The position numbers and the translations under genes are program-made. From Tubiluchus corallicola (taxonomy: Eukaryota; Animalia; Priapulida), in assembly GCA_030141605.1 (NCBI GenBank), contig JAQGDQ010001080.1, forward strand, positions 643 to 64,642: a stretch of DNA of 64,000 nt, given 5' to 3'. Positions 13,181-26,268 of the stretch are shown here, piece after piece (position 1 is the first letter of the stretch; each line of letters opens with the position of its first letter). The notes under the pieces were generated by a model. That model made no database searches. It was not told the origin of the DNA and saw nothing but the letters and a program-made list of their open reading frames with translations.

Positions 13181-13350
13181 GTTGTGATGGGTGTCCGTCG
13201 TATGATGGTGGAGTTGTGATGGGTGTCCATGGTATGGTGGTGGAGTTGTGATGGGTGTCCATGGTATGGTGGTGGAGTTGTGATGGGTGTCCATAGTATG
13301 GTGGTGGAGTTGTGATGGGTGTCCATGGTATGATGGTGGAGTTGCGATGG
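13181..13350. repeat. 32-bp GT-rich minisatellite, ~5 copies (identical copy at 50571-50740)
   Basis: Unit gttgtgatgggtgtccatggtatggtggtgga starts at 13181, 13213 and onward. Confidence 0.92.
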
Positions 13351-14689
13351 GGAAGGCAGGATGTGGGTCATGTGGTGTAGGTTACATGTTGCCGTTTGGG
13401 TGGTGAGGTGGATGTTTTATGATGTGGGTGATATGGTATGGGTGATGTGACGTCGATTGAGTTGTGAGTGGTGTGTAGGTTGTAGTTGTGGATTTATGTG
13501 CAAAAATCTTTTGTGGGGCTTGGCTAGTTACTACCATTTGCGTACTAAAAATAATAATTATGAAGTACACAACTTAAGATTTAATAAGTTATATAAACAG
13601 GAAGAGGAAAAGCGATATACTTAATTATTCAATGAGTAGTTTGAAAATTTCGAACCAACCAAATTGAAATTCAGCACAAAGAGAAGTCTACTAAATCTCA
13701 GGATTATTATTATTCTCTAATGTAGCTAATTATTAAACATAATAATTATTGCAATGAAGACATTGTCCCAACCTGAAGACGTTGTGTTTACAAGAAAAAT
13801 TCGTTGCTTTTGCTATCATGTATACCTGTTCAACATTCTCCCTTACTGATCGGTACACAAGTAGATTATACAAGCTACTCTCTATTTCCCAATTAGCCTA
13901 TATTTTCTTCAATTTACGTTTTTGTGGCAAGTGTCAAGTAAATGAGAAGAAATGGACTGTGTGATCAGTACGATTATACGTCGTTCTTTTACATTTAATA
14001 GATCTAATGATAATACTATAACATACAAATCTTTGGTTTGCAGAGAGACTAGATAAGTTTGAATGGCCATAACACTATTAAACAGAATTTTTTGTAAACA
14101 AATTGTGGACCGGTTGATGGCCATTACAAATTATGTCTTGCATGAATGATTCGTGATATGTGGTTTTCATACTTATGATTTCGAGCATGGTTTTGATTTT
14201 TTGTTGGCTTCATTTACCATGCGATCCTGTGGATGGAGGATGTTTCAAACGACAATTCACTAATTGGCATAATGCGGCTTAGTCACTTCTGACAGTTCAG
14301 TAGCTCAATTTACAGGGTTGCCCTTTATAATGAGCCAGACTTCATCACATAACAATCTCTGAAACATTTTATGACACATTTATTTCAACATCAAAATTAT
14401 GTTTTCAATATACTATAATTTCAGAAACAAATAATTGTGTAGCATTGCTTGAACGATTAAGTTTATAGCTCAGATCTTGTGAAAGAAGAAATATCAGATT
14501 GTGTAAACATGGATTCATCATCCTAGAAACTTTGAACAAGTTCAGAGATTTCACCAATATTTAACTGTTCAACACAAAAAGCTTTCAAATCTAAATTGCA
14601 ACAATATTTGTCTTAGACGAATCGTTGTTTTTGTTAAGATCAGAAAAACTTTTGTATTTTACTTTAAAAATTTGTAAGTTCGCCCGGGG

Positions 14690-14925
14690 GCCAGAGAAGG
14701 TATTAAGAAGATACAGTAGAGTGTTTACACACTTGAATTTTAAAAGGTTGCATTCCACACCTGAGAGAGAGAGAGTTAAGCAAATAATGCAGAGTGTTTA
14801 CACACTTAAATTTCAAAGTCTGCATTCTGCACCTGAGAGAGAGAGAGAGAGTTAAGTAAATAGAGCAGAGTGTTTAAACACTTGAATTTCAAAGTCTGCA
14901 TTCTGCACCTGGGAAAGAGTTAAGA
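14690..14925. repeat. Short array of ~68-75-bp units ending in cctgggaaagagTTAA-like motif
   Basis: agagtgtttacacacttgaatttcaaagtctgcattc..cacctg repeated three times; related arrays at 36790-36885, 40820-41005, 52050-52135, 52711-52800. Confidence 0.85.
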
Positions 14926-15349
14926 AATTACAAAAGAGTAATTATGGACAGGATGAACCACTAGGCTGCTGCAATCCAGTAAAATTATCAAAAGCTTTTC
15001 TACAAAGGACTGTGATTCATTACCACTCCTCATGCTCAACAGAACCCTGCAAAGAGAGTAGGGGTTCTTTTCGCTCTTTCTTGAAAGCTTTTGCTAAAAA
15101 TCAAGATGGTTCGATACCCTTATTATTGAACTGTTCGTTAAACCTGCCAACTTTTTTATTGCAACTAGTTAAGACAAGCTTTCTATTCTGATGTAGTAGA
15201 CATCAACAGCCATGTCATTAACATTATTAACTTGAACGACGGTAGTAATTTTCAAATTCAGGTTTAATATTGACTTTAAACGTGTCTAAATGGCTTTTTC
15301 TGTGCTCTTAACAAAATTTTCTCACATCGTAAAATTGCTCTTACAAAAT

Positions 15350-15991
15350 GCTCTTACAAAAATTTTTGAAAACTGACCATATAAAGGCGTCAATGAAAAA
15401 ATAATACCTTAATTAGTGATTATCTGTTACTTCGATCTGTGCTAAAGTGTAAAAGTTTCTACTAATAAGGAAAAAAACATCTAAACTCTTTCTGATAAAA
15501 GAGTAAAAATACATTCAGTAATATTTTAATACTGAATTATTGACTTTTGTGCGATAATTCTTATTTTAGTTACTAATGTGACTAAAATTCAAAGATATTT
15601 CAATGAAAATGTATTATATAGGACTATTTATAGTTTACTCTTTGTTTTGCGACATTCAAATTTGTTCGTAAGTTTTTCAATTATTAAATTTACATTCCTG
15701 GAAAAATGTATAAAAAATCCACTTGCAATACATTCAATGCAATACAATCACTCTTTGTTAATTATTTCAGCTTCCCTAAACCTATCCCACAGGGCAGGAC
15801 GCTTCTACTATAGATTTTACTTAAAGTATTTTTTCTAAAAATTTTACTGGAAAGATTTTAGATGTTTCCTCTCCTTTTAGCAAACTGTTTCACATTTTAG
15901 GTCTTACCGAATTTGCAACGTAATTATTACTTGAGGTAGTAATTTTTCTGTCATGTGTAAGTATTGCGCAGTTCTCAAAAACATGGTAGCA
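15350..15991. mobile_element. Old MITE-like element with ~180-bp imperfect terminal inverted repeats
   Basis: Left arm ...tttttgaaaactg...aaacatctaaactctttctgataaaa matches the reverse complement of right arm ttttactggaaagattttagatgttt...cagttctcaaaaac; it starts where homology to 52531 ends. Confidence 0.65.
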
Positions 15992-16469
15992 GCGGAACGT
16001 TGAAGTGTGATATATGTGATGTATGTACAATTATGTGGTAACTGAACTGCATAGGAGTGATCTCGCTCTATAATAGGTGTTACAGATACAGATACAGTTA
16101 TAATACAGTGTTATGCTGTAAGGATAGCACAATTATAATGGTTATCGCAACAGCACAGTTAGCGTTCCAAGCCTTACTAATCAGAAGTATAAAAATTAAT
16201 TATTTAAAATAAAACTGATATCTAGCGTTAGATGAAAGACTAACTAGCGTTAGTTAGATAAAAAAGCATAGATTTGTGCCGACAGCAATCTGAGTATCAT
16301 GACGTAGTCTTTAAAATTATAATCACATATTTCTCACTGCCTTGTGTCTCCGCCTGTGTTTGAAATGTTATGCTGAACATGATTATATTCTACAATTCAA
16401 AAGAGATTCAGAAAGGGATGACTGCTTTGAAAACGGAAATAATGCCGGCAAAAAACAAATGAGAGAGGT

Positions 16470-16800
16470 AATGGGCACCTGCCTGTGAGCCCGCTCTTAA
16501 TGTCTGTGGAGCAATTTTACAGTATTTCAAGGCTGCAGAGAGAGTCGGTCTTAGTGCAGTTGGCTACGGTGGCAGAATTGTAAATACAGGCCCTGATGGG
16601 GCGTAGTTGAATCTATGGAAAAGAAATTGGAACAATATTGCTACATTTTAACGAATTGCCGTTCCGCCACATTTTGCAGCATTGGATGGAGCTACAGAGG
16701 GTCACAGCTCATTCACTGGTGCAATAGGAAAAGCTTTGTAAAACTGCCATATGTTGAACCTAGTAAATTTTCAACCAATACCAGGAGATTTCCTTGCAAT
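16470..16800 (+). mobile_element. Frameshifted hAT-superfamily transposase fragment (hATx/hATm-type, inferred)
   Basis: Manual translation across frameshifts: LSAVGYGGRIVNTGPDG/VVESMEKKLEQ...FNELPFRHI/AALDGATEGHSSFTGAIGKAL, matching the GCDGTxVNTG...NELPxRH..LDGxTxGPxSFxGxIGK pattern of invertebrate transposases. Confidence 0.75.
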
Positions 16801-17298
16801 TGAATATCACATACTGAAAGATTTATGTACCAATCACAACAACTGCATTTATTTACTGACAACCACACTTACTTAATGACAATCATTGCAACTGCACTTG
16901 TTTGCTGACATTATACTGAAAATTATATACTCAAAATCAAGAATTGCACTTCACCAAAGACTTTATAATAACGCACACAATTGACAATCATAATAGCACG
17001 ATTGGACAGTAAATGGTATGCAGTAAAAGTCTAGCCTTGAGTCGCGCATATGAATGTTAGATTGCATGACATTAATTACAGCTGTTGTTAAAGCTCCGCG
17101 CAAAATTTTCACGCACCCGAAAAGTTCGTTTAGCGCAGTTTATTCACTATTTACGTTTTTGTTCTTTCTTCTAGTGAAAGTCGTACATCTTAATGTCATT
17201 ATTCTTCTTCCCAGGAAGCATTTGCAGAAATTAACTATATATGATTATTACAAAATAAAAATAATTCTGCAGCTGAGAAATACTCAACAGATTTTTAA

Positions 17299-17497
17299 CC
17301 CTTTCACTTAGTAGTTGCTTTTTAACTGTGCCGCACAGAATTTTATGCAATGGATGATGACAGCTTGTGGTGTGTTACTAAAACAGAATCTTGTAAATAA
17401 ACAAACATTGTAGTGGTTTATTATAAACGTTATTATTGAATATTAGTTCTATTTGTACATGTGTGAACATAACAGCATCCACCCACATATATAAATG

Positions 17498-17577
<80 letters not shown>

Positions 17578-18420
17578 CACAGATGTCTACTGTATTTCAT
17601 TATGATAACATTAAGAAAGCATTACTACACTCTTCATTGCCTTCTTGCCGCACCCACCACTAACAACTGGGTTCTTGTCATTTAGATTCAAACCTAGGCA
17701 GTCGAAGGTTCTTTGCCTCTTGCGATAAGCCCTTCCTGTTTGTATTTACACTTCCAGTAAAGTCGAGATGTTTTCCGGAAGATACTTTGCAAGATTTACA
17801 GACGTATAATAGCGATCTGTAAAAACATGATGGAATTCCACCAAAGGACTGCAAAGATGGACAACAACTTTAGTCATCGAGAATTCTGCCGAAATATTTC
17901 CAGCGTATTCTGTATCCCACCAAAATATGGAATTCTGAACAACATAAAGAAAAAAAAATCTTAATATCCGCTTGGATTATATTGGAGAAACTTTGTCCTG
18001 CCTTTGAACCGGCCACCACTCTCGTCACAAGACACATTCTCATTTGGACAATAACCTGAAATATCCAAAAGTTGAAAAAATGTTTTATTTTGTTCGGCCC
18101 AGCTGCACCAACAGTGCTGACATGCATCATGCTGTGGAATAAAACTTCAAATCTGTCCCGGCTCATCGTTTTTGAGAACCACGGCTGACAGCTTTCATGG
18201 TCTCGTCTCCAGTAATCTTTTATCCCTGGACCAATGTTAAAAAGCATCTCTTCCATGTCAGTATTTTTGCAAATTTGCAAAGAGAGGCCCAGCTCTGCGA
18301 GGTGGCCTATTTATACAGGTGCATGCCCACGAGCTTGAGCAAGTCTGCGTGTGTCTGGTCTTGCCACGATGGCTTTGATGCTGATTGGGCTTTGGCTGGA
18401 CAAATTCCTTGTTAAAATGC
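17299..18420 (-). mobile_element. Decayed piggyBac transposon (transposase pseudogene plus one terminus)
   Basis: ORF 17870-18280 has IKDYW...WFSKTMSRDRF; further downstream on minus are HHVFTDRYYTSVNLAKYL (catalytic Asp motif, ~17830-17775) and KSVVMLS (~17630). TTAA|CCCTTTCAC terminus at 17295-17307. Confidence 0.88.
17497..17581. repeat. (CA)n/(CACG)n microsatellite
   Basis: Direct inspection. Confidence 0.98.
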
Positions 18421-19029
18421 AAAAAATAAAACGCTATAGCATTCATGACTAGCATGCAGTTCCAATTGTTTTGTTTTTTTTTGAAAAGACAAGAAAAGTA
18501 ATAATAACAATAGTTAATCATTGCTCATATGAATAATTATCGTCATTAACAATCATTGCGCAAAAATAGACTGGCCAACAGCATATTGTGAAAGTTCTTG
18601 TAGCATTAATTGAAAACATCGCCAGCAATACAAGCTGCAAAAGTGAGGGTCTTGGTAACAAAAATTATTTTCTTGTAAAACAAGTCCGAACTTGTAACAC
18701 ATTCAATGACTGTTTTTCGATCACGCCAATCTTTACTATGATACCATCACCAAGTAAACTGCGTAAAAGTTTTTGTATGCTGACGCTGCTTCACATTCCG
18801 GACTATATCTGTAACAATCAATCGACTTTTACAGCAGCTACTGATTTCTGATAGTCATTAATCAAAGCACTGCAGATACCTAACGCTGTGGAAAGCAGAC
18901 AGAAAAAGGAAGAGGAAAAGCAAGAGATAAAGGAAGAGGAGTAGATAGAGGAAAACAATAGGAGGACAGAGGGGTAAAAAGAAAAGAATAAGAAAAATAT
19001 AAAAATGTGAGGCGGGGAGAAGAGGAAAA

Positions 19030-19860
19030 GCTAATAGGTCTCCCACCTTCAGTTCTCCCTAATAGCTCTGTCACCTTCAGTCCTCCCTAATAGCTCTCTC
19101 ACCTTCAGTCCTTCCTAATAGCTCTCCCATCTTCAGTCCTTCCTAACAGCTCTCCCATCTTCAGTCCTTCCCAATAGCTCTCTCACCTTCAGTCATTCCT
19201 AATAGCTCTCCCATCTTCAGTCGTTCCTAATAGCTCTCTCACCTTCAATCCTTCCCAATAGCTCTCTCACCTTCAGTCATTCCTAATAGCTCTCCCATCT
19301 TCAGTCGTTCCTAATAGTTCTCTCACCTTCAATCCTTCCTAATTGCTCTCTCACCTTCGGTAATTCCTAATAGCTCTCCCTCCTTTAGTCATTCCTAATA
19401 GCTCTCCCATCTTCAGTCGTTCCTAATAGCTCTCTCACCTTCAATCCTTCCTAATTGCTCTCTCACCTTCGGTCATTCCTAATAGCTCTCCCTCCTTTAG
19501 TCATTCCTAATAGCTCTCCCATCTTCAGTCGTTTCTAATAGCTCTCTCACCTTCAGTCCTTCCTAATTGCTCTCTCACCTTCAGTCATTCCTAATAGCTC
19601 TCCCTCCTTTAGTCATTCCTAATAGCTCTCCCATCTTCAGTCGTTCCTAATAGCTCTCTCACCTTCAATCCTTCCTAATTGCTCTCTCACCTTCAGTCCT
19701 TCCTAATAGCTCTTCCACCTTCATTACTTCCTAATACCTCTCCCATCTTCAGTCCTTCCTAATAGCTCTCCCACCTTCAGTCCTTCCTAATAGCTCGGTC
19801 ACCTTCAGTCATTCCTAATAACTCTCCCACCTTCTGTCCTTCCTAAGAGTTCTCCCACTT
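19030..19860. repeat. 28-bp minisatellite, ~30 copies, with higher-order structure
   Basis: Unit cttcagtccttcctaatagctctcccac; variant tcctttagtc recurs at 19381, 19493, 19605 (112-bp period). Confidence 0.97.
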
Positions 19861-21572
19861 TTCTATATTTTCTGCCTTCAAAATTAGAAACGTCAAAACT
19901 ATAATTAATTTTCATAGGAAAAGTAGGATGATGTAACGTTCATTCAAGTTTCAATGTGTTCATAGCAGTGATGACGTGTTGGTAAATTTTCTGTGTAACC
20001 CAGATTTGATGCCAAAGACGTATGTGTATTTTGTTTAACTTTATTTAGTTATTCTGTGAAAGTGTCTGTTTAATTTCATTTAATCGTAATTAACCTTTTG
20101 ATAAGAAATGAATTAGTTTATTAAAAAAACATTTCCTTCCAGATAAAATGCATCATTTGGGAAATGGCGTCTCAATGCATTTCAAATATGAAGTAAAACG
20201 ATGAAAGGGCATGTGCCTTGATGATCATTATTTTTTCATTATGCAATTTTTTTACTCGATTATAACAATATATTCATAACTTTTCAACTTATTTACTGTT
20301 TTCTGTAGGACTATCGCCTAGGTTTACCACATTACCAAAGGAGGTGGCCACCAACAGGAAAAGTAACACGCACGGAAAAGTCTGTTAATGAAGGATGAAT
20401 GCTCCTCTACATGTTAAGTTCTGCTACGTCCATCTACAGATTACACTTTGAAAGATGGTACTATGTTTAACTAGGGGACTGCTGTTTGTAAAGTTCCAAA
20501 AGTAGAACATTTTAGATAGCTTTCTTTTGCTATGACCAAGTATACAGAAACAATGAGTAATAGTACAAAACAATTTATTATGTACAACAAGCAATTGCGT
20601 GTCTATTATACCAGTGGCCACAGTTTAAAGATATACAACACATACTTTGTGAACAGTGCTGAACAACAAACTAGTTTTGTCTTATTATGCAAAGCATAAA
20701 GTCCCATACAAATTAAAAGTCCCTTATAAAGATTGCCATTACAAGCTTTCACATTTACACATACTTACAGATGTTTTACTCAATCTCACGTGAAATAAAC
20801 TAATCACTGAAGCAACAGTGTAACTCAGTGTTTCTTGCAGGCCTTTTAAAATCAATTTATCTTTTATCAAATTTTCCACCTTCTTTTGCCTTTATCACCA
20901 TAAATCACAATCATCAGTTTTCTGTTATTTATAGTGGCACTGCGTAAGGATTGTTTGCTCTCAAGATGGACATAATTATGCTGATTTCAGCCCGTCTCAA
21001 AAAGTTTTGGACTTTTGCTCAATTCCCTGGCCTATCAATATGTGGTATAATCTTTAATTCAATTCAATGCCCTGTATACATACTCAACATAATCATCTGT
21101 CTCACAAAGTCTGTTATATTTGAGTCAACTGATTTTTTGCAACATTTCACATGATTCACAGATCTATTGAAAGAAAAAGACTAATTTTAATAGCCGTGTC
21201 GTAATTGTGGTTTCCTAGACGTTTCCAGCATTGCAGCGAGACACAGTAGGCAGAATAGGTTAAATGTTTCGGGATTTAAAGTGACTTTTAGCCACATGAA
21301 CTTCTTGAAGCTCCACTGAAGATCACCGACAATAACCTTTAAATAAACAAATTGGCAATTTAAAAAATAAAATCTTTTTCAACTTAAATCATTTCAGTTT
21401 TGTCATTATAATACCTGTGCAGGTGTGCTAATATCTGGACTGTTACTAAGGGTGTTGTCAAATATTGTTCCCTCAGCTGTATATAATTTTAATAATTAAT
21501 AATTAAGTAATAATTTAAAAAACATTGTCTGTCTATTGTAGATTCTCTGTCGAGTATAACAACGCGTTGCCT

Positions 21573-24500
21573 TAGTTTCCAAACTGTCAATTAAAACTCT
21601 GCTTAAAACACCTAAAGTGTGAATAAAAATATAAAATTCTGATTTCGTAAAGTTTGCAATTTAAAACGAAAATGCTCTTTTACTAGTAACTTTTTCATTT
21701 CGTTTGACATGGAATTAGACATTTTTATTTTATCACGTACACAATTTATAGAGTAAACACAATAATTAGAAGCAATATAATTAGAAGAAAAAATATGTCA
21801 CTGAAGGTGTAGGAGAAAGGGTAGCAAGGGATCGGCAAACAAGCTACCCTTTTCGGATAAAGTTAATGAAACATTTAAGACACTGCAAACCTTAACAGGG
21901 AAATAATTAATAAGTGATAATTAAAAAATATGACAACAGAGCCTACATTGAAAATATAATAATATAAAACAAATTTCTAAGAATATAAGCAAGTAAAGAA
22001 AAAATAAAGAAAGGATAATTCAGCTTTGTTTCAAGAGCAACATGGAGAGAAGCAATTAATGAAAATGATTAAAATAAGCAAGAACAATAAGGACAATATG
22101 TAAGCAAATATAAAAGAAATAAACAAACCAAGCAAAAACAGCATGATTATACAACAGTTTAAGAACTGTGTTTTTATTTGAAAAGAAAAACAAAATAAAA
22201 ACACAGTGCAATGCAAAACAAAGTTAAAAGAAAATTATAATCGTATATTATATGCAACTGGCGAGGCTACAGCTCCAACAAAGGCACCATTTTCAACGGT
22301 TTATACATTAAATGAAAGGTTAGGACCCACTGATTTGCAATTGGGGTTTTGTTTTTCGAATCGGTCCCACCGTGAGGAACGGGTGGCGAAAAACGACCTT
22401 TCTGACCGTTTTTCCCAAAAATTGCAAAGTTATACCTCTTATTTCTAGAGAATGGGAACGTTCCATGGAACGTTGGCAGTGCCAGCAACGGTCAATTCAA
22501 TGGTGTGTGGTACAGTCGCGGGAGGGCCACGACATCCCGTGACAGGCGTCTTCCTGAACACAACCACGCAAATTTTGCGGAAAACGGATCAAGCAACCTA
22601 TAGGAAAACTTAATTTGTGCAAAAGTTTGGGCGCACTAGCAAAAAGAGGACAAAACGGTCCTTAATATGTTGGAGGTGTTTTTGGTAGAGATGTCCACTA
22701 GACGAAACGAGAAGGATGTATTTCAAAGTTCTTTTTTAAACCGCTAAGCTGCATGCTATTAGGAACATCCATTGTCCTTAAGTTTGATAAATTCCGCGGT
22801 TGTTCCAAGCATTCTCTTCACCGTCTTCTAAAGTGTTATAGATTTTACGTGTAAGTTCTGTTTGCCTATTATCATCTGAGGAGCAATAAACAAAAACTAT
22901 GTTACATGTATGTGCATTATTAATCATTGGTAGACAGATGTATTAGCATCTATTATAGCACACTGTTTTGACTTTGTGCAAAATGTTTTGAATGGTTTCA
23001 TTGTGATGTTGTGCTGATGGTGTTGGAGCTGGAGGTGTCGTCATCGTTGTCATCATCATCACCATATGATGTGGTCGGTGTATTTTAGTGTGCTGTGGAT
23101 GGTGTGGGTGGGTCGTAGGGTGGGTCGTAGGGTGGGTGTGGTGTTGGTGGGTGTGGTGTGGTGTGGTGGCTGCAGTGCAGTTTGGTCTGGGTGGTGTGGT
23201 GTGTTATTTATGCTGTGGTGTTTGTGAATGTGGTGGTGTGGAATGGTATGGTGTGTGTCATGCATTACGAATGGAGCGGTGGTTTGGTGATGTAACGAAT
23301 CTAAATAGATAATAATTGATTTTACTTTATCATTGATTGCGTCAGTTAACCAGCCACTTATTATTTAAGCAGTTAGTCAATTAGTGAATAATTATTTTCT
23401 TGAGTAAGTGAGGGAAGAAATAAAGAGGAAACAAAAAAATTAAGAGAACAAATATCTCGTATAAGTAAACAAAAGCTTACAGACAAGTGAACAAGTTTAA
23501 CTGTCTGAGAGAGTGATATGATATGATACGATTATTTTATTGCAAACCACGGTTCAGTTTGCAAAATACATTTACAATAAGATTGCTAGAAAATAAAAAA
23601 ATGAAAATTAAATGCTAAATCACAGTTTAAAATGCACTAATAATGAATAAGTGTTTGAGTAATTAATTGATTGGAAGAATAACAGACTTAATTACAGTTT
23701 CACCAAAAGATAAACTCACTGATTGACTGAATGACCAACTAACTACTCAACTAGAAATGAATTTAACTAATTAGCGAACTAATTAACCAATCTACCAACC
23801 AAGGTCCCAATTGATGGATTTAGTTAGCGACTTGACACAAAAAAATAAAACAAGCTGCAAACCCGCCATTTTGCAAACCTGCTAAACCTGCCATACCCGC
23901 CATACTGCCAAACCTGTCATACCCGCCATACTGCCAAACCTGTCATACACGCCATACTGTCAAACTTGTCAAATCTGACATACTGCCAAACAAGCTAAAC
24001 CTGCCATGCCCAAAATTCTGACAAACCAGCCAAACCTGCCATACCACCAAGCTTGTCATACCAAGAAGTTAAAACTGAATGATTGACTAACTATATATAT
24101 ATATAATATAAAATTATCTTTATTTGCCATTAAAATACATTGATAATCAATGAATAAAAACTTTACAGAGATGATCAATCAGTGTTAGTTAATAAAGCCT
24201 TACACTGCTAAAGGCAAATGCGTCAGTGCAATCTAAACTGCTGTGCAGTAATGGAAAGAAACAAAAATGAAAAAATGTGATTTAATTAATTATTTCATGA
24301 TTTAATTATGAATTAATTAATTAATTAGTACAGGCGACCAACTGGCTAGCTTAGTTAACTAACTAATTAACAATCTGCACACAGTCAACTTTTTTGTACA
24401 GTACGAAGCCTCAAAGCATTGTATGTTCTCTGCTTTGCTGATTGTGCCGGTTTCCGAAAGAGAAAAGAAATACAAAACAATGCCAATAGAGTACGCCACA

Positions 24501-26268
24501 TACTGGCACACACAGACGCTGCAAAATGGCGGAAGCTCTTTCTAACTTTTCAGTAAGTTTACATAAAATTACGAAGTTTTGATTTTTTTCTTTGTTTTTG
24601 TTAATACTTGCTAGACTGTGGCACGCAGTAGAAGATAAAAATACCGTTCTTTGCTAGACCCCAAATAAAAATATTTCACGAAAACTTTCATTAGATTTTT
24701 AAAGTTGTTTTTTTTTAATAGGAGGTATGTTTCAACTTTTTTGCGTCAGCGTGTAGATAAAGGATGTATCTTACTATTTAATCCCTGCTTTCAGTGGTAT
24801 TTCTAATTTGGGCGACCCGAATTCCCTAAACTGTAATCAGGCCATACAGGCGACCAAACAATATTATCGTGTCATGATAGATCACAGCCCTACAGGTCCC
24901 ATTTATATAAAATAAAGTGACTGATTTAAAATGATTGCACATAAGATCAACACTTACGCTAAAACACAGGCAGGACAGTTATAAAGATAGAATTAGCTTG
25001 CTGATGCCTGACATAAACTTTGCAAAGCAAATTCATACTCCAAACCATATTCTAGGCAAATCACGTCGATGACATCACGAGGTGGCGCGTATTTTTAAAA
25101 ATCAAGATGGTGAAACGCAGTTTGTTTTTGGTAAGAAATTTCGAAGTTAAATTGCTGCTTTCAACCTAACGAAGCTTTAAATTCAACAAACAGAATGGCA
25201 CTTTTTCACTTTTACTGAACGAACGTTAATTTAAAACTTGCTTTATGAAGTGCCACCATTCCATTTTTAAATCACCTTGCAGCCACAATCTACTTATTAG
25301 ACAAAATAGAAGACTAAAGCGTGATCACTTCTGTGTTTGAGTGCAAAGAATAAATTGTTTCATACAGAAACCAAAATTTTCACTTTTCTAACAAAATCAC
25401 ACATTTTGCACTTAAAATCAATATTACACTTCACTAAAAAGTCTTCTGTTTTTCCTGGAGCACTGTTCACGCTTATAGCAAGACTGCACAGTAAATGATT
25501 TGCTTGAGTTGTCTCGTCTTCACGCATCTGAAAGTTACGCCTATAAACTGACGTGTTGGAGTTGATCACCATGACAGCTTTTTAACTCCGCCTCAAATTC
25601 TTGAGCACTAGAAATATGGCGCCAATAATGTTTGTTTGAACATTTTTAATAGATGCAAAGTTCCTTCAGTTTTTAAGGGCAAGTACTTTTCCTCCTTTTA
25701 AGAACTCACAGAAATCGAAATAAACTTCAAAAAATTGTTATTGCAGGATAATATGACCTGCTTAATCGTTGTTACAGTTATGGGCAAAATAAAAGACCTG
25801 CTTTGTTTGTTGAGCTTAAAGTATGTCAACTGAACTTGTGTCCTATGTCATAGAATTTGATAAAATTTGAAATGCTTGAAAGATGTATGACTCTTTTTAA
25901 ACTTGCTCACACATCCATTTATTGATTCTTATCGTAAAATGTGTGTATGGTATCACTGCATCATATGTGATTATTAAGCAGGTTGAATTGAATATAATTT
26001 CGACTGAAATTGCACATTATTCCAATTGAAATTATATTACAACATGCAGGCAATTTAATAATAACTAGAATACATGTAAAAATGTGTATGTAGTGAAAAG
26101 CTGCTCAGAGCTGTTCATTGTGTTCACATTTATGAGACTCTGTGATATTCTTATGAAAATAAATGACATTGATTAACTGAACTGGATTATAATTGTCAAT
26201 GATTCAAATCAAAGTCTCTTTTTATGTCACGAAAAGCTTTTCAAAGTAAGTTATTAGAACCCAGTCAC
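21573..26268 (+). repeat. Segmental duplication copy B (partner 1-6838)
   Basis: Colinear with copy A except for the missing ~2.4-kb block and small indels. Confidence 0.95.
22267..22772 (-). pseudogene. Putative decayed ORF of unknown function, copy 2
   Basis: Frame MDVPNSMQLSGLKKNFEIHPSRFV*WTSLPKTPPTY*GPFCPLFASAPKLLHKLSFPIGCLIRFPQNLRGCVQEDACHG; ORF 22267-22488 supplies a possible C-terminus (RNKRYNFAIFG...VLTFHLMY). Confidence 0.35.

Larger units (their letters stand above)
12454..15336 (+). repeat. Duplicated block (partner 49845-52531), including the 5' part of the Gypsy gag region
   Basis: Offset ~37390; ORFs 12543-12869 and 49933-50259 differ by one residue; ORFs at 13053-13570 and 50443-50960 are identical. 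Confidence 0.97.

Noticed and set aside
13130-13500. Interstitial telomere
   Set aside because: No tandem TTAGGG/TTAGG; irregular TGGTG content only.
17378-17663. CV/HT-repeat ORFs
   Set aside because: Translation of the CA microsatellite.
19030-19860. CRISPR-like array or coding repeat
   Set aside because: Contiguous 28-bp monomers without spacers; period not a multiple of three and no ORF.
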